A DNA stretch of 64,000 bases from NCBI GenBank assembly GCA_951406725.2, contig OX597814.1, forward strand, positions 68,820,001 to 68,884,000, read 5' to 3'. Source of the stretch: Octopus vulgaris. Taxonomy: Eukaryota. The translations under genes were made by a program, and so were the position numbers. Shown piece after piece: positions 17,705 through 30,947 of this stretch (position 1 is its first letter; every line of letters begins with the position of its first letter). Under the pieces are notes generated by a model. The model worked only from the letters and a program-made list of their open reading frames with translations. It made no database searches and was not told the origin of the DNA.

Positions 17705-17789
17705 GTATATATATATGTATATATATATGTATATATATATATGTATATATATATATGTATATATGTATATATATATGTATATATATATG

Positions 17790-17822
<33 letters not shown>

Positions 17823-17823
<1 letters not shown>

Positions 17824-18115
17824 AACAATTGCAGCGTGGAAGGTGTTTATAAGCCATTTAAGAAACACACAAAAGCCGTTCGATTCACTCCAACATTTAA
17901 GTTTAATTTGTCAAAATATTTTCGTCGCTAAAATCCGCGACCTGTTCACTGACAAAGTCCGTGCTACATCTCAGCACGGACTTTGTCAGTGAACAGGTCG
18001 CGGATTTTAGCGACGAAAATATTTTGACAAATTAAACTTAAATGTTGGAGTGAATCGAACGGCTTTTGTGTGTTTCTTAAATGGCTTATAAACACCTTCC
18101 ACGCTGCAATTGTTT
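17823..18115. repeat. Perfect palindrome, 143-bp arms with a 7-nt spacer
   Basis: 17823-17965 is the reverse complement of 17973-18115; spacer ACATCTC; embedded between (TA)n tracts. Confidence 0.9.
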
Positions 18116-18204
18116 TCGTTTCAGCACACGATCTCAGATCGAATTACTTGCTATGCGAGTACATCTCCGTAATATATATATATATATATTTATTTATTTA
18201 TAGG

Positions 18205-18253
<49 letters not shown>

Positions 18254-18261
18254 ATATAATA

Positions 18262-19328
18262 TAAATATAAGAGAGTGGTCACTATATGGCTCACTCTAGC
18301 ACCAGTTAATCCAAAAGGTTTCAACCACAAAAATACATGCTTCCCATGAAAGTCAGAACGATTGTTAGCTCACACGGACAGGGCAAATAAAAAATAACAA
18401 AATACAGATTATTTTGGGACAATTGTTTCGCTATTAATGAATTAAATGTAATTTTACTTACAATAAAATCCACTTGTAGCTCTTCGGCCAAAACTATCTG
18501 GATGAAATCCACTCAATCACACGCCAGATTTTACCATAACGATAAATACGCGTGTGGTTCAATTGATTACATCCGACGTTATAATTCAAATGCCCCAACC
18601 AACAGCGCGCCAAACTTTCACGGAAAACAAATACAGCATTTAGAAATAAATGCAGCATAATTATAATTAATTAATAAGGGTGAGAGAATTAGATACTAAT
18701 TTAATAGTATATCTATTCTACACCAAGTGGCCTAGTGCTCCGAGAAACCTGGATTATTATAATATTTTATAATATATTATAATATTTTTACAAAATAAAT
18801 ATAAGAGAGTGGTCACTATATGGCTCACTCTAGCACCAGTTAATCCAAAAGGTTTCAACCACAAAAATACATGCTTCCCATGAAAGTCAGAACGATTGTT
18901 AGCTCACACGGACAGGGCAAATAAAAAATAACAAAATACAGATTATTTTGGGACAATTGTTTCGCTATTAATGAATTAAATGTAATTTTACTTACAATAA
19001 AATCCACTTGTAGCTCTTCGGCCAAAACTATCTGGATGAAATCCACTCAATCACACGCCAGATTTTACCATAACGATAAATACGCGTGTGGTTCAATTGA
19101 TTACATCCGACGTTATAATTCAAATGCCCCAACCAACAGCGCGCCAAACTCTCACGGAAAACAAATACAGCATTTAGAAATAAATGCAGCATAATTATAA
19201 TTAATTAATAAGGGTGAGAGAATTAGATACTAATTTAATAGTATATCTATTCTACACCAAGTGGCCTAGTGCTCCGAGAAACCTGGATTATTATAATATT
19301 TTATAATATATTATAATATTTTTACAAA

Positions 19329-19330
<2 letters not shown>
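18262..19330. repeat. Tandem duplication, 534-bp unit x2
   Basis: Identical spurious ORFs at 18321 and 18855 (offset 534); the units are nearly identical. Confidence 0.9.
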
Positions 19331-19404
<74 letters not shown>

Positions 19405-19676
19405 ATATGTATGTATATATAGGTATATGTATGTATATATATGTATATGTATGTATATATATGTATATATATGCATGTATAGATGTGTACATGTATATGT
19501 ATATATGTGTATATATGTGTATACATATATATATGTATATATGTATGTATATATATGTATATTTATATGTGTGTATGTGTGTATCTGTATGTATATATAT
19601 ATATGACGCCATGATAGACCATTAGCTCCTACACGCATTTTTTCCTTGTTTTTCTCCGTGTTTTTTTTTCTGTGTA

Positions 19677-19714
19677 TCTTTCTGTCGAAGAGCGTAGGCT
19701 CGAAACGTAAAAGA
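19677..19714 (+). ncRNA. Minimal HHR-like motif with variant core (CUGUCGA)
   Basis: TCTTT-CTGTCGA-A-GAGC(gtag)GCTC-GAAAC-GTA-AAAGA. Confidence 0.55.
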
Positions 19715-19809
19715 CTTGTTCTATTTCTATTCCTGAGCGCCATACTAATACATTTGTCTGTTTGTACTCCACCTGCCTTCGTCTTTTGTTTTTTTCGTAA
19801 ACCTTCCCG

Positions 19810-19849
<40 letters not shown>

Positions 19850-19853
<4 letters not shown>

Positions 19854-22030
19854 TTAGAGACAAAACCACTATTAGGCAAATCAAACAATGAAAGACTTAA
19901 GCCAATACATATGATTAATTTATATTATTTAAATATGTAACAATTATTAAAAAATATAATTAATATCCACTACGATCGTTTCCTGCCTGCTGTCTTTAAA
20001 TTTTTGAGTCGCAGTCATTCATCAGGATATATGTATGGATATATGTGTATATAGATGTATATAGATATGTATATATATGTATATATAAATATACTAATTT
20101 ATATTCATTATACTATTACAAATTATAACTACAAAAGTTAGTAACATAAATCAGGGATAAATATATACACAAATTAGCTATACTTATTATATAAGTAACT
20201 TAACTTATGTCTACCAAATTTTGTTCTTATTATTAACATTATTTATATTTATTATATTATATTTATTATTATCATTAAACGAATTAAATTTATTCTTATC
20301 TTTTAGTCTATTATTATATTTATTTTTTGTATTATCATAATACATATTATTAAAACCATAATTACCTAATAAAACTTATCATAATTCTTAATATTAGGTT
20401 TATTATTATAGATATCATAAGGATCATTTATATTATAATATTTTATATCATAATTGTATATATAATTATTAAAGAATTTAATACCATTATTATATCCCGC
20501 CTCTCACGAGGCTTCATTATTATAAGGCGCGTGTTTTGGGAAAATCTCAAAATTAGAAGAAAGCATCGATATTCTTTTACCTATATTATCTATCAACGAT
20601 TTCTTAATTGGGGTAGGGTGATTACTATTAGCATTAATATATCTAAGGTTTTCATATATATTATGGAATGGTTGGTTTTTACCTGGTATTAAATTAAAAT
20701 TAGCATCTAAATAATTAACATTATAATTCTCTTTATATATAGTAATATCTAATCCATATCTTTTAAAAAAAAACTATATAGTTTCTTCTTATATAATTCT
20801 AGTGTTCTATTGGTGCAATTCTTAGTAATAAAAGGTCATCCCTATATAATCCACCCTCCAACTTTAATTTTTCTAATTCTAAATCAGTCACCTGGGCGGA
20901 ATTGGGTGCCCCCATGGGTATATCAAAATAGTCTCTAGTATCCTTCCTAGCCCACAATTTGTTATTATATCTAATCAACAATTCCCTAACCGCTTTAACT
21001 ACATTAACTTCATCTTAAGTCATTCCAATCTTATACATTGCATAAATTAGGGCCTTATTGAGTACAATCTCATTTATAGAAGAAGAATAATTATCTATAT
21101 CTATTTGAATGAATTTATATCTATTTTTATCTTTAGTATTATTAAACCATTTTAAAGTATCATTAGTACTACTCCAAAGTTTTAGATAATTAAGTTCATT
21201 TAATCTATTAGTATATTTATCTAAAATGATCTTAATTTGCCTAGATCTGATTTACGTGCACAAATAAATCTAACTTTTGGGTCAGAATAAAAATTATCAT
21301 TATGGTCTTTTAAAGTAATTCTAGGGTGCATAGGTACATAAGGTTCAGGTTTATTATCTAACCTATATTTCTTCATGATTAATTTTGAGGCCTTATTTAT
21401 ATTATAAAGAGTATTTTCAGGAACAATTTTATATTTTTTTTATTTATTCCTTTCTCTAATAGATTATCATTTAATTTAACATCTAGTTTATACATGTTCC
21501 TAGTTTTATCTGATTGTACTATAATTCCTTCCATATTTCGCATTTCTTTTATTCTCATAGCTAGATTTCTTAAATATTCATTGTGCCGATTTGGGTATCT
21601 ATGAAATTTAATATTTTTCACCACCTTCCAAATATTATCCTCTAAAACCTGTATATCCCTATTATACGGGGGTTTCTTTCTCGATTTAAACTTTGTATTG
21701 ATATAATTAGTATTCTCTACATCGTTAATATTAGATATTTTACAAGTATTGTACTAGGTTTTCCATTTAATCCTATTAATAAATTTTTTTCATTACTAAT
21801 AAGTTTGGAAATATATTCTTTTCTAGATGATATAGGAATATCCTTCAAAGATAAATTCCAAAATACTGGTCCTATCTTACCTGTAAGTTCCATAACTAAC
21901 GAAATTGAGAGTTAAATACAATCGACAAGCGTTAGTTATAAATATGAATAGAAATATTATTATTAATAATAATAGTAGGAAATATAATTCCAAACTTACA
22001 GGAAAAATTCAATTTAGCAAGTCAATTTAA
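19850..22030 (-). mobile_element. AT-rich degraded Nematis-like PLE
   Basis: Remnants include SLKDIPISS near 21850, IIVQSDKTRNMY (21397-21624) and DYFDIPMGAPNSAQV...GGLYRDD (20799-20981). Homologous to ORF 3-815; terminal-repeat pieces at both ends. Confidence 0.8.
19963..20030 (-). ncRNA. Hammerhead ribozyme motif in the 3' terminal repeat of the PLE
   Basis: Minus strand ATATC-CTGATGA-A-TGACTGC...GCAGGCA-G-GAAA-CGATCG-TA-GTGGATAT; helix I is imperfect. Confidence 0.6.
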
Positions 22031-22210
22031 TGTTTATTTAATTTAGTGATTGTTTGAATAATATTTATTATAGTATATTTAAATTTTTTTCTATATAATA
22101 TGGATAATGTCTTTCACTATTGAATTACATAAGAGAAGTTATTTCAATTAATTATATACATATCTATGTATGTATATATATATATATATATACCCCACAA
22201 CTCCACTTTG

Positions 22211-22290
<80 letters not shown>

Positions 22291-22299
22291 ATATATACA

Positions 22300-22460
22300 T
22301 GCGGGGGTGACTATGTGCAAAGAAGCTTGTGTCCCAACCACATGCTTCTGGGTTGAGTCCCACTGCATGGCACCTTCGTCAACTGTCTTCAACTAAAGCC
22401 TTCGGCCGACCAAACCCATGTCAGTTGATTTGGTTGACGGAAACTAAAAGAAGTCCGTCC
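22300..22460 (+). mobile_element. Degenerate tRNA-derived SINE (same family as 54739-54914)
   Basis: B-box-like GGTTGAGTCCC; body matches the reverse complement of 54739-54914. Confidence 0.65.
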
Positions 22461-23209
22461 TATATATTTATATATATGTGTGTGTGTGTGTGTATGTAAC
22501 TAATCTAGAGACGAACCACCATTTCACAACTCAGTCAATGAAGAACCTGTCCAAAACCATGCTGTGAGACATATAACATACAAAATCAAATATCATACAA
22601 AGAAAATATTAATCCTAAAAATATTAATCTAAAATCAAATAAAGTATAAATTGAACAATAAAAATTAATACAATAATATAATGTATAAAAGTAAGTACTA
22701 GTACATTGACTATGTGCGTTTAATGACTGAATTAAGATTATATAAAATCATATAAGAAACCATATCCAAGTTCATTAGAACTTGGATATACAGTAATTTG
22801 CCGGCAGATAGGTAATTATATACTGTAATATACAGTAATTCGCCGGCAGATAATATACATATATTATATATTATATATTACGAAATTCGATTTAATATTA
22901 TTAGACTGAATATTACGTGTAAGGTTGGAATAATAATTTATTCCCTAATATTATTATTATATATATGTATGTATATATACGTATATATATGGATATATAT
23001 GTATATATATGTATATATATATATATGTATATATATGGATATGCATGTATATATATATGTATATATGTGTATATATATATGCATATATGTATATATATAT
23101 ATGCATATATGTATATATGAATATATATATGCATACATGTATATATGAATATACATATGTATATATATATATGTGTGTGTGTGTGTGTGCGCGCATACAT
23201 AGCTATCTA

Positions 23210-23254
<45 letters not shown>

Positions 23255-23482
23255 AATTCCCTATATATGTGTATAATATATATATATATCAATGATTGAT
23301 AAAAAACACAACAAAGGGGATCATGACGAAAACAGGACAAATGGAAAATTAGGCAAAACATGATACGCGAAAAATTCGCAGCTCCTTCCTCATCAGTCAA
23401 TGTCCAGGACTCCCTTATGCTTTCGCGCTTTAAACATTGGTGCCATTCCGTCTTGGCAGTGCCAGAGCAGGAAGTTCTGATA

Positions 23483-23557
<75 letters not shown>

Positions 23558-23649
23558 CATTATTCAGTTTATTTCAAGATTTCTTTCCAATAGAGAAAGG
23601 ACCGGTTTCTAACCTAGATCATTTGAATTTCATCATCATCAACAAGGTA

Positions 23650-24310
23650 TTTTTGCTTGTATGTATGTACACATGAGCTGATTTGTATGTTTTATGTATG
23701 TATTCTCATGCATATAGTTACATATCTAGATATGCTCATATATATTTAAATGATAAACGTCTGGAAAGTTTTACAGATTTTTGCAGTTCCAGTGATGGAT
23801 TGGATCTGTAGCTTTCTCCTTTCTGGTTTTGAGAAGCCTAATTTCTCAAGATTGGTATTTAGGCAGTGTGTTACATATCCCAGGGCCCCAATAATTACAG
23901 TTATAAACCTGAACTTGTATTCTGGATAGAGTAACTGCAGATTTCTCAATAATTCAGCATCGTTGTTCTCTTTTTCACTGATCTTCAGCTTTATGTTAAC
24001 ATATCGCTGGGCAGCTAATTTCCGCAACCGTGCACGGTTTCCCTTCTCTGTCCCTAATCATTATATCAAATCTGTTATGCTTAAATTTTATTGGGGTCTT
24101 TACTGGTACATTCCACCAGTATTCCTTTTCATTATGAGTGGCTATAGCTTCTACCATATTGTGGGGTTTTATTTCTTTGTCCTCGGGATTATCCTTCCAA
24201 CGGATTTCATTATAGATTGTCCTAGCTACAACGTCATGTTTCATCCGTAGATAAAACCGTGGTGACATTTTCGGGCAACTGCTTAAGATGTGGTTACACC
24301 ACAATTAATG
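23650..24310 (-). mobile_element. 3' end of an R4/Dong-like non-LTR retrotransposon (restriction-like endonuclease domain)
   Basis: HILSSC...KHDVVA, HNRFDIMI...EISCP, VIIGALG, QIQSITGTAKIC motifs. Confidence 0.8.
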
Positions 24311-24689
24311 GCAACTATGAATGATTGCATACAATATGCCATATTTTCACTTATTGTTTTACATGCCCGTATATTAGTGTCAGAGATTATATATCTGTGT
24401 AAATGTCTTATTTTCTTGTGTCATATGGCTTAGGCCAGACTATATATATACATGTATAAATCAAAATAAGCGACAAGGATATCCAGAGGTAATGCAGTAC
24501 GATCGTTTCATGCTCCTCCATTTAATTTAACAATTCAATCATTACCTCTAGATATCGTTGTTGCTTATTTTGATTTGAATCACCTTACATTAAAATTGTT
24601 TGGATAATACCGTTTGGATAATTGTTTGGATAATTCTGGTGCCTCAACTTAAGTACCATATTCATCTGAATATATATATATATATATAT

Positions 24690-25329
24690 ATGAAAATAGT
24701 AATGCAATACTAGAGTATTGCTCTCCAGTAAAGAATAGCCCGTTAGGGAAAATTATACATAGAAGTAAATAAATGGCACATCGAAGTACCGATATTTACT
24801 GGAAAATAGCAAACGTAATAAATACGACGCTAATGTATAGGTTCACTGCGTATGTACTAGCAAAAATGCGTGTGTGCAACAAACATGAAAAAAATTGTCT
24901 TACCTCTAGGGAGAACATCTGAAAAATGAAATACCTAGAAAGGGATAATGTGGTACCGCTTTCAGATTCTTCAAAATATGCATTGCTATTTACATTGAAG
25001 CTTCTTCACTGTTCTCGTTCTGTCAACGTTTTGGCGTTCAGTCGAGTATATTGGCATGGATGTGGCAACATCTGAAATGTTGTCGAGGTATATGTGGCTG
25101 ATGAAGATAAATCAAATATATGTGTGCAGACATATTTTGAAGAATCTGAAACCGGTACCACATTATCCCTTTCTAGGTATTTCATTTTTCAGATGTTCTC
25201 CCTAGAGGTAAGACAATTTTTTTCATGTTTGTTGCACACACGCAGTGAAGCTATACATTAGCGTCGTATTTATTACATTCGCTATTTTCCAGTAAATATC
25301 GGTACTTCGTTGTGCCATTTATTTACTTC

Positions 25330-25332
<3 letters not shown>
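24690..25332. repeat. Inverted-repeat element carrying an HHR; related fragment at 2060-2190
   Basis: ~24760-24980 is inverted at ~25130-25332. Shares AGTAATGCAATACTAGAGTATT and the GCTATACATTAGCGTCGTATT block with 2060-2190. Confidence 0.75.
25092..25163 (+). ncRNA. Type I hammerhead ribozyme, intact core, elongated helix II
   Basis: ATGTGG-CTGATGA-AGAT-aaa-TCAAATATATGT(gtgcag)ACATATTTTGA-aga-ATCT-GAAA-CCGG-TA-CCACAT; perfect 6-bp helix I. Confidence 0.8.
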
Positions 25333-25366
<34 letters not shown>

Positions 25367-26368
25367 GCATGCATATATACAGAGAGATAGACGGGAAAGA
25401 AGGAAGGAAAGATGCATGTATACACTCACAAATACACATACATTCACGTGTGTGTGCGTGTGTGTGTGTTTGTGCTTTGGATGACAAAATTTCAGAAATC
25501 AAAGGAAGGAGACGTGATGGTTTCGGATCGGCCCTTATTGGACTGAACATCGTATTCGATTTTTTCAAAATACGCCAGGTGTGCCCAGAAGTCATTGCTC
25601 TTTACTGAGCGTACAGGTAATTTGAATTTAGAAGAATATATTATTTTAACATGTTGCAAGGTAAAATTTGGTTAGGACTTCTAAAAAAGAAAACTGTCTT
25701 CTTAGTCACTTCTGGCTATCTTGTTCAGATATGTGGCACACCCTCGCACTCATAGGTGCACACAAATATACACATATTCGCCTGCACACACGTTCACATG
25801 CATAGATGTTCTCCATGCAGCTGATGGCACAAACTAATGGAGAAATACAGTGGGAGAGAAAAATAATAGAGAAATTTTGGAAGGATTAACGTTACTTTGA
25901 CGCTTTTCATGTAACTAGATAAGATATTGTATGGATTGAGTTTCTAGACGCCTTTAATAACAATTTAATTTTGCTGCTCTCACTATTATTGAATATAATA
26001 TTAATTTGTAATCGGTTTATTAGAAAACGTTCATGTCTGGTTGCATTAATGAGGATCCGGTGTTTTGAAATTGTCAGAAATGGTTAATAAGGAATGAACT
26101 TTTATGTAAAACTATTCGAAAATTGACAAAAATGTATATAGAATCAATAAAATACAATAAAACAAATTTATCATATTTCTATGTCATAGAATTAACTCAC
26201 TGTTACACTATATATGAAACGTTATCTAATGAATTGTTTAAAAAATTTTGAATATTCTCTATCTTTTATAAATTCTATGAGCAGCTTCAATAAGAGTCTA
26301 GAAAAATCACTTATAAAATATACATGTATTTTTTTATGGATGCATAATTTTTATGTTTTTCTTTACAG

Positions 26369-26459
26369 CTATAAATATATCAACATAATTTGGTTTTGCT
26401 TCAACTGGCTGGCAATGAGTAACTCGTGTTACAATCCATTTATTTATGGTCTTCTAAAC
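26369..26459 (+). CDS. Lkr: Internal exon of a neuropeptide GPCR (leucokinin/lymnokinin receptor-like), encoding TM7
   Basis: Acceptor tttttctttacag|, donor |gtaagt; 91 nt (phase 2 to phase 0) encoding YKYINIIWFCFNWLAMSNSCYNPFIYGLLN with NPxxY. Orthology is recalled from the kinin-receptor motif WLAMSNSCYNPFIYxxxNEKFKREF, not from a search. Confidence 0.88.
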
Positions 26460-26798
26460 GTAAGTATTGGATTTAGTTCTTAGTACTTGTTCAAATTATC
26501 TGTATCATGTTAAAAGTGTGGATAATAATTTTCAACAACCAGTTAATAAAATAATTACTATTAGCAGTTATATTAGCACATTGTTTACGTAGCCACCGCA
26601 TACAGCAATGTAAAGTTATTGGATATGCCAATTTACATATTAAACGCATTCCTGGGGTTGGTATGTAAATATTAAAGAATTGTAGGCATGTGGAATTTTA
26701 TTATGCAGTCATGATATACTATAAAGTATATTAAATGTATTTATAATTCAACACCGCGTCTTACTTCGTTAGCAGTGCTCTTTACATAATTTAATTAA

Positions 26799-26997
26799 GG
26801 TTATTTCTATAGAAATTATAGCCAGCACTGATTTTTTGCTGCCACGTTTCTTATCGAGATGTCAGATGTAAACAAACAATGAGATCGGTGATAAAAATGG
26901 ATAATGAGTGTATATGCCATATTTCGGCGGGTGGGGGGGGATTGCCCCTTCATCAGCACTCATCTATAATTTTTCTATAATTTCTGTAGAAATAACC
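26799..26997. mobile_element. 199-bp MITE with ~23-bp TIRs and TTAA TSD (Kolobok-like GG...CC termini)
   Basis: TTAA|GGTTATTTCTATAGAAATTATAG ... CTATAATTTCTGTAGAAATAACC|TTAA. Confidence 0.75.
26906..26961 (-). ncRNA. Type I hammerhead ribozyme inside the MITE
   Basis: Minus strand GAGTG-CTGATGA-A-GGGG(caat)CCCC-cccacccgcc-GAAA-TATG(g)CATA-TA-CACTC. There is extra C-rich sequence before GAAA. Confidence 0.65.
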
Positions 26998-27349
26998 TTA
27001 ACAGAACTGACAGTATGGTTGTACGATACGTTCCAAATACCAACGCCACTGTAAAGGATTAAACCTAGGCATACAAGTGAGAGGAAAAGAAAACCTACAG
27101 AGTTCCTGAAAATAGATGACAAGAGCAAAAAATATTAAATTGTACGAAACAAAACCGCTCTAAAAGGGAGGTGGGGTGAATAATAATAAAAACTATTGCT
27201 AATGAAATTACACTTCCTAAGAAAAACTTAAAAGAGATGTTGTAGGGAGTATGGTACGCCCCTCCCACGTGATGAATGGAATAACCTAGTCACTATAAGT
27301 AAAGAGAAGTACGTGAAGTACTAGAGGACGTAGCAGGCTGTTTTTCTAG

Positions 27350-28000
27350 TTAAAATCCTTGTGATTCCGTAGAAGTGTTGTTATAGTATAACTGTTGAAG
27401 TATATTTGTTGAAGGTCTCTCCTCGTGGGTGTACCTACGATTGTTGATTGTTGAAATTGCTATTTTTACATACGAGCTTGTTGATACGTGTTTGTTTTCT
27501 TCCCATTTATGGGGGAACCTAAGAAGAGAAGAATGGAAATTGGACCAGCAAAAGGCCACAGTTATGCGGCAGCAAATGGCTGAGGAGTGGACTCTGACGC
27601 TTTTGAGGTTTGTGAGGTAAAGGTAGAATCGAAGAAGCTAAAAGAGTGTGAGAAATTGTTGAAAAGAGAAGGTAATACTTTTAAATTAACGCCACCAGAA
27701 CATTTAACGAACGGTGTGACAAAAAGAACTGTAATATTTAAAACAGTGAAGGTGTCATCGAGAAAAATTGAAATTGCAACTATCGAAACTATTGAAGAGT
27801 GCTTAAATGAAATTAAGCAGTTCGCCACTTTTATCACAAGAGGAAGAAAGTATGGCACAGTGGAGGTGCGATTCGCGACAGAAGACCAAGCGATAAGTCA
27901 CTCCACTGTAGCCATAAAGACGTAGGAGTGTGTACTTTTGCCAACATACTGTGGCAAGCGTGTTGCCAGGGTGAGAGTAGGAAAAGTACCCCCGGAAATA
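27350..28000 (+). mobile_element. Second, diverged L1/Tx1-like ORF1 fragment
   Basis: LLKREGNTFKLTPP...EECL...RGRKYGTVEVRF...VLLPTYCGKRVARV aligns by eye with LVKKEGNEIKLVPP...EKCL...RGARGATVEAHF...MLLPTYMGKRTAKL at 10781-11613; contains an in-frame stop. Confidence 0.7.
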
Positions 28001-28499
28001 AATAAATAACTTTAGTTAGTGTCGCTGCTTCACTTATCGTTCTCACTTCCCTCATTACATTTGAATGTCATTAAATCATTGTTTTAATAATTACATTCTC
28101 CAATAATTTTATTTTGTTTCTCTCTTTAGTCTGATATTTCTGCCACATCTGTGACAGAGTTACCATTACACAGAAATGCGTGTATGGGATGAAACTAATT
28201 ATTGTAGATAGTTAAGGATTCTCGAATCTCATCGAGGACAGTAACTTCAAGGAGATCGATGTCCTCGATGAAGAAAGAAGTAGTCGAAGAATTGTTGGCA
28301 ATTCGAAAAATTCGAATTGTTGGCGACTGAAAAATACATCAGATGTATGTAGGGGTGAATTTTTACCTGAATAACAGTAATTCCTGGTTGTGGAAGAGAG
28401 AGACGAGAAATGTGAATAATAAAAATGAAATCCACAAATCCGCAATAAGCACAGTCATTGAGAGGTTTGCTTAACAACAATATGGTTTCGGATTCGATC

Positions 28500-28569
<70 letters not shown>

Positions 28570-30714
28570 GTGTATAGTGGCACGCAATATCCCCCTATCG
28601 GAAGCTTGCTATGATTATACACTTAATACCTCTGAAAACATACTTAACACCTCTGAAAGCACAAATTGCCCAGAAAATGTTATTAAACATAAATGTGTAT
28701 TTTTTTTTTTTGTTAATCAGCGGTGCCTTCGCCTTGTTATTGCTGTTAGCAAATTGGAGATTTCGGAGATCCTATATATACTGCCTTCACTATGATCTTT
28801 AGAAATTAAAAGCCAGTTCAAATATTTCCGTTTGGCTATGGTTGCTCACTGTCTTGTTAGAATAAGGCATTTAGATATGCTAAAATACATACATGTCTAT
28901 AATTGCATCTCACCAACAGCCACTTCCATCCTGCCATTTAAAAATTCTCACCGACAGCCACTTCCATCCTGCCATTTAAAAATTCCCACTTCCCACTTCC
29001 ATCCTGCTATTTAAAAATTATGTCTGCTCGATAGATGACGTAAACTAATTATTTCTAACACTTTTTCTTTTCTTTTTCTTCAGAAAGAGATTTATACTGT
29101 TTTTTTTTAGGGGGTTGTTTTGTTTTGTTTTTGGTGGGTGCACAATTCTCTATAATAGTATGTGGTAACATTTCCATTATGTCTATGTTTGTCAATAATT
29201 AGTTTACTAAGATGGGCTATATTGGACAAAGTCGAAGTGAATTATTGCAAGCAATTCCAGCAAAGTACTGGCTTCGATTGTATCGACTATTCACACTCCC
29301 TGTGGCTTTGGGTCAAATTTAGAACTAAATATTACATAAATTCAATATAATATAAACGCCGTACAGTTTTAGTCTTAAATGAAAAGATATCTATATAAAA
29401 ATTCTATTTGTCTGCAGAAAGTCAATTTTCTGGCAGTCCGTCTTTAAACTTTTGTCCTTCCTTTTTCTTCTACAACACAGTCGTCTACGTCTTCCAGATT
29501 TTTTGCAATAAATTCAGTGAAATCTTCACCGGAAAAATCAATATCATATTTTGTATTGATACTGTACATGAAAAATATATATCCTAAATTTTACTTCGAT
29601 ATTTATTTTCTATATTATTGGGATATATCTGAACAAGTCACTTTGGAGACAACGTCTCTTTCATTCTCTTTTATTTACAAGGATGTTTCTAAAATGGAAA
29701 TTTTGCAATTAATATTCATTTCTTTTAAAAGAAATTCCTTATTATTGTTTTAATGAGGGTTTTGTTTTTATTGCTCTTGCTTTATTTTTGTTATACTTGC
29801 TTTGCATTTACGCCATTTGAAACTAAACTTTTATTACCTCTACGAAAATTCCTACTTCGACGTGGTATAAGTGAAATTATTCTTTTCTTAAAATATCTTT
29901 TTCAACAAAATAAACGGCCATGAACATTGAAGAGTGTAAAAGCCTAATGCAAATCATGACGTTAAGTTATGAATATTCAACTCGGCTCTCATCAACTCAT
30001 ACTTTCTATATTTCCAACAAAATATTTCTTGTTACAATCCAATTAACAAGAGATTTACTGTCTTACAACTCAGGGATTAATGTAAAAGATATACACAATA
30101 TACACCAATTTGAAGCAAAAAAGGAACAACAGTCCTACTAGCACGTTCCCTCACTGGGAGTCTTGTACTCTGTATCAAGTTGCTTCTTATGTCCAATACC
30201 ATGTTTTGAAGTTCATAAATTTATACAAGAGGGGGAAAAAGATATTCGTGTATTCTGTTTTGAAATGTCAATGGCCACAACATTTTATTTTGACTGAATC
30301 TTTCTAGAAGCATATTTTGTATTCAGTGAGCATTTAGAAGGTTATTCTGCTAAATACAACAATTCAGATAAGCTTAGGGGAGAATTATCTCACTAAAAAC
30401 GCTGAACTTGATCTCAGTCAAATGAAATCACTATGTGCGTGCATGTCTCTTGTTTTGGAAATACCATAAGCGATATGCCTACTTATTCATTAATCTACAC
30501 ATGGTTTTAAATATAAACTATTACCCGAAAACTTTGAAAGGCAGAAGATCAGTGTAACACGGATTGTAGTCAGTCAAATATGATTTTTTCTTCTACTACA
30601 AAATCACTTTTCACAGTAACCCCCACACAAATGTACAGACGAAAACCTTTTTCTACACAAGACTCGATGTAACAAGTGATCCTATTTTGTCCCTTTCTCT
30701 CCTTCACACGTGTA

Positions 30715-30947
30715 CAGGATGTTCAAAAAGTCTCTTGCAGTGAATTTATTTTTTCCAAGATGTATTTCAAAACATGTGTAGAAAAATCAACTTATTACTG
30801 AAAATGGAGGACGACACCTTCAACACATTATAAAGTGTTTTTAAAATCTTGCAAAGTCTAATATATTATCTTGTAGTCTTATACCATCTTATAAATATTT
30901 ATTTTGCAATAAAATACTTACTGCCGAGAGACTTTTTGAACACCCTG
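30715..30947. mobile_element. Tc1/mariner-type MITE
   Basis: TA|CAGGATGTTCAAAAAGTCTCTTGCAGT ... ACTGCCGAGAGACTTTTTGAACACCCTG|TA. Confidence 0.8.

Noticed and set aside
23360-23430. Minus-strand CTGATGAG with a nearby GAAA
   Set aside because: I could not build consistent helices I-III, so it is not called as an HHR.
25480-25620. Possible GPCR exon ending in CAG|GTAATT
   Set aside because: The frames checked give no TM6-like peptide and there is no clear acceptor.
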